Assembly: GCA_050633245.1 (NCBI GenBank)
Contig: JBOEGD010000023.1
Coordinates: 1-51,406 of the forward strand
DNA from: Calditrichia bacterium
GTDB taxonomy: Bacteria; Calditrichota; Calditrichia; RBG-13-44-9; J075
Length of the DNA: 51,406 bases
Reading direction: 5' to 3'
The notes under the pieces are model-generated. The model was not told the DNA's origin. It saw nothing but the letters and a program-made list of their open reading frames with translations, and made no database searches. Positions 45,556-51,406 of the stretch are shown piece after piece. Within the stretch, counting starts at the first letter, position 1, and every line of letters starts with the position of its first letter. The translations under genes were made by a program, and so were the position numbers.

Positions 45556-45583
45556 TGCAACATTTGGCAACCTTTTCAGTCTA
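45556..45583 (+). promoter_or_regulatory. Possible ECF sigma promoter
   Basis: TGCAAC-N17-GTCTA upstream of the Gly-repeat gene. Confidence 0.35.
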
Positions 45584-45635
45584 TTACGTATGTATTAGAA
45601 TTACTCTACGTACAATTTGAACTACTGGAGGCCAT

Positions 45636-47003
45636 ATGCTTCACTCGCAACAAAACCAACATACCTGTTTATCAGGTCGTACTTCAATACTCATTATTGC
45701 CTTTTTATTGTTTTCCCTTTTCCAGCTTCAAGCAGCAGATGAACCAAAACCCGGGCGTAGTCTTGACATCGGCGCGAATAAAACCGGTATTAGTTTTGGT
45801 AATTCGCGCATATTCACAGGGCTTCGTTTCAACTGGCGAGATCATCATGTCGATCGCATAAGCGGCATAAACATCACTCTCTGGCCAGCTCGGGACAACG
45901 AGCGTGCCGTCGTTCGCGGTCTCTCATTTGGAGTTTTACCCGAGGCCGGTCGATTGACGGGAATTAATCTCGGTATTCTTGGCGCAGGGGCTGAAGATGA
46001 TATGCGTGGCCTTAATGTGAGTCTGATTGGTTTGGGCGCTGGAAACGATGTTTCCGGAATTAATATTGCCGGAGTAGGCTTAGGTGCCGGAAGGGACGTC
46101 AGTGGTCTAAACCTGGGCTTGCTTGGAGTTGGCGCCGGTGAAAACCTGACCGGTATTAACCTCGCAGGTATTGGCGTTGGTTCGGGCGGAGACATGGGTG
46201 GGTTAAATGTCGGACTTATCGGAAGCGGCGCAGGGAAATCACTTGCCGGAATAAGCTTTGGTGGACTGGGTGTCGGCAGCGGGCTGGATATGACAGGAGT
46301 AAATGTATCCTTCGGTGGCATTGGAGCCGGAACCGATCTGATGGGAATTAATGTCGGTGGAATTGGTATTGGTGCCGGTCAGGATTTAACGGGATTAAAC
46401 TTCACTTTTGGTGGACTCGGAGCAGGCGAGAATCTGTCTGGAATTACTTTTGCCGGACTAGGAGTTGGAGCAGGTCATAACGTTTCAGGGATTAATCTTA
46501 GCTTTGGCGGCATTGGCGCTGGTAATGATTTATTCGGCATCAACGTTGCAGGAATTGGCATTGGTAGCGGCAGTTCTACTTCTGGAATTAATCTGGCCGG
46601 AATCGGTGTTGGGGGAGGCAGCAGACTTGTTGGTTTAAACGTTGCAGGAATCGGTGTTGGCAGTGGTGGACTAATGAAGGGAATTAATATCGGCGGAGTC
46701 GGTGCAGGTGCTCCGGAAGTCAAAGGCTTCACCGTTGGCGGTATTGGAGCTGGTGGTAATGAAGTGACCGGCGCTATGCTCGCACTTGCTTTTGTAAGAG
46801 TTGAAGACCATAATGGAGAGATTACCGGTTTTCTTGCCAGTGCCTTTAATCAGGTGAAAGGCACTCAGCGCGGCGTATCAGTTGGTATTTTGAATATGGC
46901 CAGACGATTAAAAGGCTTTCAGTTTGGGTTGATAAATTATGTAAGCGATAATCCAACGCTATTTAAAATCATGCCGATTATGAACTTCAGTTTCCGCGAC
47001 TAA
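45636..47003 (+). CDS. Secreted Gly-rich 16-aa repeat protein (LA_2272-like beta-solenoid)
   Basis: GGAGG RBS; signal peptide; about 17 copies of (L/V/M)xGxNxxxxGxG(A/S)Gxx; C-terminal 'GFQFGLIN...MPIMNFSF'. Confidence 0.85.
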   Translation: MLHSQQNQHTCLSGRTSILIIAFLLFSLFQLQAADEPKPGRSLDIGANKTGISFGNSRIFTGLRFNWRDHHVDRISGINITLWPARDNERAVVRGLSFGVLPEAGRLTGINLGILGAGAEDDMRGLNVSLIGLGAGNDVSGINIAGVGLGAGRDVSGLNLGLLGVGAGENLTGINLAGIGVGSGGDMGGLNVGLIGSGAGKSLAGISFGGLGVGSGLDMTGVNVSFGGIGAGTDLMGINVGGIGIGAGQDLTGLNFTFGGLGAGENLSGITFAGLGVGAGHNVSGINLSFGGIGAGNDLFGINVAGIGIGSGSSTSGINLAGIGVGGGSRLVGLNVAGIGVGSGGLMKGINIGGVGAGAPEVKGFTVGGIGAGGNEVTGAMLALAFVRVEDHNGEITGFLASAFNQVKGTQRGVSVGILNMARRLKGFQFGLINYVSDNPTLFKIMPIMNFSFRD

Positions 47004-48004
47004 TGCTTTGCTATAATCAGCAGCATCTCTTTTAGGGAGTTGGTGCGAATTGATTTTTGGTTAATTCGCACCTCCCACTTTTCGTCAGATATCAACACCT
47101 GCTTTGTGTCGTTTACAGCCTCCTCAACAATTCGGAATCCACTGCGCTTTAACGCACGCTTTGTCCACTCGTAATAAATCCCTTCACCACTCACATGTAT
47201 GTCAGCCAGTGCCTCTTCCACCGGCATGTGAAAAGCTCCCGACAAGTTATCAAAGCTTAATCCATCCCGTTCAAAAACAGATTGAATGCTATTATCCAGA
47301 ACCAACTCTTCCGGAATTCCAGAAAAAAAACGAGCTTTTTTATCCAGCAACCAAATTGTATCAGCCATTTGTAACGCTAAATCCAGCTCATGAGTAGACA
47401 GCAAAATGGCTTTTCCGGTCTGTTTTCCCAAATTGCGAAGCAGACTTAGGATTTCAATTCGCGTTGGTAAATCCAAATGAATTGTTGGCTCATCCAATAG
47501 TATAACATCGGTTTGCTGAGCAAGCGCTCGTGCGATCATCACACGCTGTGCCTCTCCATCACTAAGCTCGACGAATGGACGTTCGGCAAAGTCTTCCAAA
47601 TGAACCTGTCGCAGGCACTCCTGCACAATTTGCTGATCTTCCTGCGAAAGAGCACCCAGAAAGTTTGTATAAGGAAGGCGGCCAATTGCCACTAAATCGA
47701 AGACGCGTAACATGCCTGCTGCAGGCTTTTCCGTAAGAACAACCGATAGCAGGCGTGCTAATTCATTTCGCGGGATGGTCGAAATCGTGCGTTCGGCAAT
47801 GTAAACACCTCCGGAAAGCGCAGGCTGAAGTCCTGCTAAGGTTCTAAGCAATGTAGACTTACCGCTTCCGTTCGGCCCGAGTAAGCAAACAATCTCCCCA
47901 GAGTAAAGCTGTAGGTTGAGTGCTTTGCTAAGCGGCTTTTCCGGTTCACCGTAACCAATTACTAACTCGGAAGATTGCAAAATTGTGGTAGTTGTTTTTG
48001 CCAT
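47000..48004 (-). CDS. ABC transporter ATP-binding subunit (cobalamin/iron-chelate type)
   Basis: GPNGSGKST, LSDGE, LLDEPT, STHELD. Confidence 0.93.
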   Translation of the reverse strand: MAKTTTTILQSSELVIGYGEPEKPLSKALNLQLYSGEIVCLLGPNGSGKSTLLRTLAGLQPALSGGVYIAERTISTIPRNELARLLSVVLTEKPAAGMLRVFDLVAIGRLPYTNFLGALSQEDQQIVQECLRQVHLEDFAERPFVELSDGEAQRVMIARALAQQTDVILLDEPTIHLDLPTRIEILSLLRNLGKQTGKAILLSTHELDLALQMADTIWLLDKKARFFSGIPEELVLDNSIQSVFERDGLSFDNLSGAFHMPVEEALADIHVSGEGIYYEWTKRALKRSGFRIVEEAVNDTKQVLISDEKWEVRINQKSIRTNSLKEMLLIIAKH

Positions 48005-48008
48005 AACC

Positions 48009-49052
48009 TCAACTCATTGGGCTTTTTAGTTGACGATTTCGCAGGATGACCCATATAACAACCGGTGCGCCAAACAGGGCGGTAATTGCATTGAGTGGCA
48101 ATGTGGCTTCCTGACCAGGTAATTGTGAGATGAGGTCGAAAATTAGCATGGCAATGCTGCCAATGAGAATAGATGAGGGAATAAGTATCCGATGATCGGC
48201 CGTATTGTGCGCATAGCGTGCAAGATGTGGAATAGCAAGCCCAACGAATGCAATAGGCCCGCAAAACGCAGTAATTCCGCCAGCTAACAAACTGGTAGCA
48301 AGAATTACAACCATTCGCGTTTTGGCTACGGAGATCCCCAGGCTGCCTGCGTAATTTTCACCCAGGAGAAAGCCGTTAAGCATTTTTTGAGAGAAGATGG
48401 CAACAAGAATACCGAGCAGAACCAGCGGAGCCAGAACAGCGAGTTGACTCCAACTGACGCCGGAAAGGCTACCGAAGGTCCAAATAATGTAACTCTGCAA
48501 CAGCTCGGCGGCACTGAAAAACTGTAATATGCTTACGAGTGCTCCGGTCGTGCTGCCAAACATCAAGCCAATAATTAACAGGGAAACGCTATCACTAATT
48601 CTCAATGATGCCGCGACAACCAGCAGCATAACCGCAGATGCGCCGATTGTTGCCGATATAATAAGCCCCCAACTGCTTCCTGCAATCATCCATCCGGATA
48701 GAAGACTTCCAGCCATTACATATAGGGCGACACCCAAACTTGCTCCCGAACTGATTCCCAGCACGAATGGTCCGGCCAATGGATTGCGAAAAAGGGTCTG
48801 CATCATAAGTCCGGCAACCGACAAGCTCATTCCTGCCAGCACGGCCGTGATTGCGCGCGGTAAGCGAAAATCCAAGAGAATCAGTTTCCAGCTACGTTTT
48901 GAAGCATCTCCGCCGCTAAGAATGTTTAACACATCGAGCAAGGGTATATCGACGCTGCCAAGACTAAGATTCAGCCAGAAAACGACTGTTAGAATCAGGA
49001 AGCCAATGCTCCAGAGAAGTCCCGTTGAAAGCGTATTTGATGACATCGACAT
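48009..49052 (-). CDS. FecCD/BtuC-family permease
   Basis: 'FRLPRA', 'MQTLFRNPLAGP..LGISSGA', 'CGPIAFVGLAIPH'. Confidence 0.93.
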   Translation of the reverse strand: MSMSSNTLSTGLLWSIGFLILTVVFWLNLSLGSVDIPLLDVLNILSGGDASKRSWKLILLDFRLPRAITAVLAGMSLSVAGLMMQTLFRNPLAGPFVLGISSGASLGVALYVMAGSLLSGWMIAGSSWGLIISATIGASAVMLLVVAASLRISDSVSLLIIGLMFGSTTGALVSILQFFSAAELLQSYIIWTFGSLSGVSWSQLAVLAPLVLLGILVAIFSQKMLNGFLLGENYAGSLGISVAKTRMVVILATSLLAGGITAFCGPIAFVGLAIPHLARYAHNTADHRILIPSSILIGSIAMLIFDLISQLPGQEATLPLNAITALFGAPVVIWVILRNRQLKSPMS

Positions 49053-50206
49053 TAGTCCGCGCTTAGCCTCTCATAGAACACAAAAGTATGATTAGGAACG
49101 AGCTGAGGATGTAAGATCTTAACAATGTCATGAAGAAGAATGTGTGGATTAATCAAACCACTCTCCCAGTAATCGGAAGAACCGGTGGAATTAGTTCTTG
49201 CGGTGCTGTTGAAAACGTTTCCAGATTGAAATGCGGTAAGATTAGCATAGCGTTCATCCTCAGACTTCAAACTCGCTAAGGATCTGTGAATACCCGGCTG
49301 CAACCAAAAGCTGGTGTTTAGCTGTGTTTCCAATACCGTTTCAAAACTCAGTGGCAGGCTTCCTGAAGAACTGTCTTCAGACCAATAGTAAGCAGCCCCG
49401 GCATCTTTGAGTAAGCGCGCAACATAGCTATTTCCACCCGGCATATACCAGGTTCCGCGGTAGTTATTTCCAATAAAAACATCAGGTGAGACCTCGATCT
49501 CTTTTACGCGTTCGGCAAGCCAAAGATACGACGTCTCGATTTCCTCAAATAATGAGTCAGCCAGCGCTGCTTTCCCAACTAATCGACCTACAGCTCGAAT
49601 CCATTCAGCTCTTCCAAGCGGTGTTTGTTCCATCCAGTCCAGATTCAGGAAAACAGGAATATTCAGATCGCGCAGCTGTTTAAAAACGGGAGGCAGAGTT
49701 GCCGTTCCGGACATCATCAGCAAATCGCAGTTCATATCTAAAAGTAGTTCAATATTCAAACTTTCCAGAGCGCCGGTGCGTTTTACGCGCTCGTCCGCCA
49801 CAGACTGACGCAATTCAGCATCATAGAGAAAATCCGGATTACTAAATCCTGAAATAACGTTTTTGCAATTGAGTGCGTTGAAAAGGCCGGCATGAGAAGT
49901 TGATATCAGCACTGAAGATTCAATTGGCAACTGGATGGTGATCTGATTATGCTTTAGGGTACCCGGGATGGTATCTCCGGCAGGTATAAGCAGATAGTCG
50001 AAGTAAATCGCATGGTCGTTCCATGGGTTATATATTCGAATAATATCCAGATCATTCTGCTTTAGAATGGTAAATCCACGAGCGTGTTTAGTCTGAAAAG
50101 TATTCGTCTTATCAACAGTCCTTTGTTGCGACATGTCAACTTCCTGCCCGCAACCAAACAGGAGTAAAACCAAGATGCAAAGTTGAACAGAAACAACTTT
50201 CTTCAT
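49052..50206 (-). CDS. Periplasmic substrate-binding lipoprotein (BtuF-like)
   Basis: Lipobox LFGC; 'DWMEQTPLGRAEWI', 'WYMPGGNSY', 'DYWESG'; TAATG coupling to the permease. Confidence 0.9.
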   Translation of the reverse strand: MKKVVSVQLCILVLLLFGCGQEVDMSQQRTVDKTNTFQTKHARGFTILKQNDLDIIRIYNPWNDHAIYFDYLLIPAGDTIPGTLKHNQITIQLPIESSVLISTSHAGLFNALNCKNVISGFSNPDFLYDAELRQSVADERVKRTGALESLNIELLLDMNCDLLMMSGTATLPPVFKQLRDLNIPVFLNLDWMEQTPLGRAEWIRAVGRLVGKAALADSLFEEIETSYLWLAERVKEIEVSPDVFIGNNYRGTWYMPGGNSYVARLLKDAGAAYYWSEDSSSGSLPLSFETVLETQLNTSFWLQPGIHRSLASLKSEDERYANLTAFQSGNVFNSTARTNSTGSSDYWESGLINPHILLHDIVKILHPQLVPNHTFVFYERLSAD

Positions 50207-50230
50207 TACGACCTCTTTAAGTAAAAAAGA

Positions 50231-50710
50231 CTAAACGACGGCTGACAGTGCATCCAAAACCACCTGGGCATGTCCTTTTGCACGAACCTTTGCCCAACCC
50301 TGCTTAACTTCGCCTTCAGGGCTTATCAGATAGGTGGTGCGGACAACGCCCATATACGTTTTACCATACATATTCTTTTCCTGCCAAACGCCATAGTTCT
50401 GCATCATCAGCTTTTCCGTATCGCTTACCAACGTAATGCCCAGCTTGTGCTTATTAATAAACTTCTGATGGCTGGCACATGAATCCGGACTAACGCCGAT
50501 AATCACTGCGTTGCGCTTCTCGAATTCTGGCAGCATTGCAGTAAAGTCCAGCGCTTCCAGAGTGCAGCCAGAGGTATCGTCTTTCGGATAGAAATACAGC
50601 ACAACCCACTTACCGGCAAGATCTGCCAGCGAAAGAGGATTTTCATCTGGTGTTGGAAGAGTAAATCCCGGTGCTTTCGTTCCATTTGCAATTAGATAAT
50701 CTTTGGACAT
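50231..50710 (-). CDS. bcp: Thioredoxin-dependent thiol peroxidase (BCP/PrxQ)
   Basis: 'LYFYPKDDTSGCT' (PxxxTxxC), 'YGVWQEKNMYGK', 'RTTYLI'; ATG 50710 after AAGGA. Confidence 0.92.
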   Translation of the reverse strand: MSKDYLIANGTKAPGFTLPTPDENPLSLADLAGKWVVLYFYPKDDTSGCTLEALDFTAMLPEFEKRNAVIIGVSPDSCASHQKFINKHKLGITLVSDTEKLMMQNYGVWQEKNMYGKTYMGVVRTTYLISPEGEVKQGWAKVRAKGHAQVVLDALSAVV

Positions 50711-50782
50711 TTGTTGATTCCTTCGGTTCTTTAGGGATAAAAATTGCAAACCAAACATCGCAATTATTGGGATGATTGTCAA

Positions 50783-51406
50783 TTAAAATAGCTTCAATTG
50801 TTCCGGCCCCGTCAATTCCTGAAGCGATGTTCCCATTAAACCGAGAAGTGAATCGGCCAGTGGACGAATTTGCTTGTCCAGGTAGTGCTGATAATCCGGG
50901 TCTTTTGGTTTTAGCTGGATGGGAATTGGCCCACTTCTCGTCATCAGATATTTCACTTCACGTCCGGGTTTCTTCAGCATCCGTGCCGCTCGTACTTGCG
51001 GCGAAATATTGCGAGTATATTTTGCGACGGGTTTTTTAAGGCGTTTTCGATAAATCAACAGTTCATCCATTTCGCCACCCATCAATCGAGTCACAAAGTC
51101 TTTCAGCCACAGCTTTATGTTCTCATCTCTCATAACCCGCAAATAGAGCTCGTACTGAAACTGCTTTGCCAGATGCGTCCAGTCCGACCGCACGTATTCC
51201 ATTCCAATGAATTCGATTGCTTCTTCCTCACCATGTCCCCTCATCCCCGCATAGCGTTTTCGCGCGCCCCCTTCCCTACCCCGTGCCAGCGGCAAAACAA
51301 ACGTGCTGTAAACCTTCTCAAACTCCATTTCCAGATGCGACTCTAAACCGCGCGCTGCCATGGTATTGGACCAATACGTATTTAATTCATCGGCTAAGCC
51401 GGAAGC
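50783..51406 (-). CDS. polB: DNA polymerase II (family B), C-terminal part; 5' end lies outside the window
   Basis: 'LEMEFEK', 'KRYAG', 'GMEYVRSDWT.LA', 'YRKRL', 'PQVRAAR', 'DYQHYLDKQIRPLAD'; frame open to the window edge. Confidence 0.88.
   Translation of the reverse strand, partial: ASGLADELNTYWSNTMAARGLESHLEMEFEKVYSTFVLPLARGREGGARKRYAGMRGHGEEEAIEFIGMEYVRSDWTHLAKQFQYELYLRVMRDENIKLWLKDFVTRLMGGEMDELLIYRKRLKKPVAKYTRNISPQVRAARMLKKPGREVKYLMTRSGPIPIQLKPKDPDYQHYLDKQIRPLADSLLGLMGTSLQELTGPEQLKLF

Noticed and set aside
45845-46732. Pro-rich antisense ORFs
   Set aside because: Mirror of Gly (GGN) codons in the 16-aa repeat gene.
48529-49095. 188-aa plus-strand ORF (likewise 1042-1560 and other long shadow ORFs)
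   Set aside because: Antisense to well-supported genes, with no recognisable motifs.
50207-50230. Cobalamin riboswitch before the BtuFCD-like operon
   Set aside because: Only 24 bp separate bcp and the binding-protein gene; the substrate therefore stays unassigned (B12 versus iron chelate).
50231-50710. Unusual or inactive BCP (TSGC rather than TPGC, no Cys at +5)
   Set aside because: The PxxxTxxC motif and catalytic Arg are intact, and resolving-Cys position is known to vary in PrxQ/BCP.
1-51406. Prophage, IS, integron, DGR/retron, defence island, tRNA/rRNA
   Set aside because: No integrase, transposase, reverse transcriptase, nuclease or structural phage gene, and no tRNA- or rRNA-like segment recognised by eye; an Infernal/tRNAscan run would be needed to exclude small RNAs.

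Overview
About 51 kb of ordinary chromosome from an FCB-group bacterium, most likely Calditrichota or a KSB1-like lineage. This is an inference from four secreted proteins ending in the FlgD-Ig/T9SS-like 'NYPNPFNP...MMLL(K/R)' domain, a Bacteroidota-style hybrid two-component system, and, unlike Bacteroidota, GGAG Shine-Dalgarno sites with TTGnnn-N17-TAnnnT promoters. Housekeeping genes: yajC-def-fmt, cydAB, an orphan murB-murA pair, bcp, a partial polB and a cobalamin/iron-chelate ABC importer. The rest is secreted hydrolases, lipoproteins and signalling proteins. I see no rRNA, tRNA, CRISPR array, transposase, integrase or phage gene. The most interesting signals are: (1) a Cys-motif/'FRPP' upstream ORF in front of a His/Met-rich outer-membrane beta-barrel, which looks like a metal-sensing ribosome-arrest attenuator; (2) many intergenic 7/8/14-bp tandem arrays of unrelated sequence sitting at stop-codon/promoter junctions in the first 15.5 kb, two of which share a composite architecture; (3) REP-like palindromes, one supplying the fmt stop codon and one with a fourfold amplified arm; (4) a divergent murB-murA pair next to a stand-alone DUF21-like gene; (5) a pseudo-receiver-PAS-DHp protein with no ATPase domain. 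All family calls come from motif recognition by eye; no database search was run.
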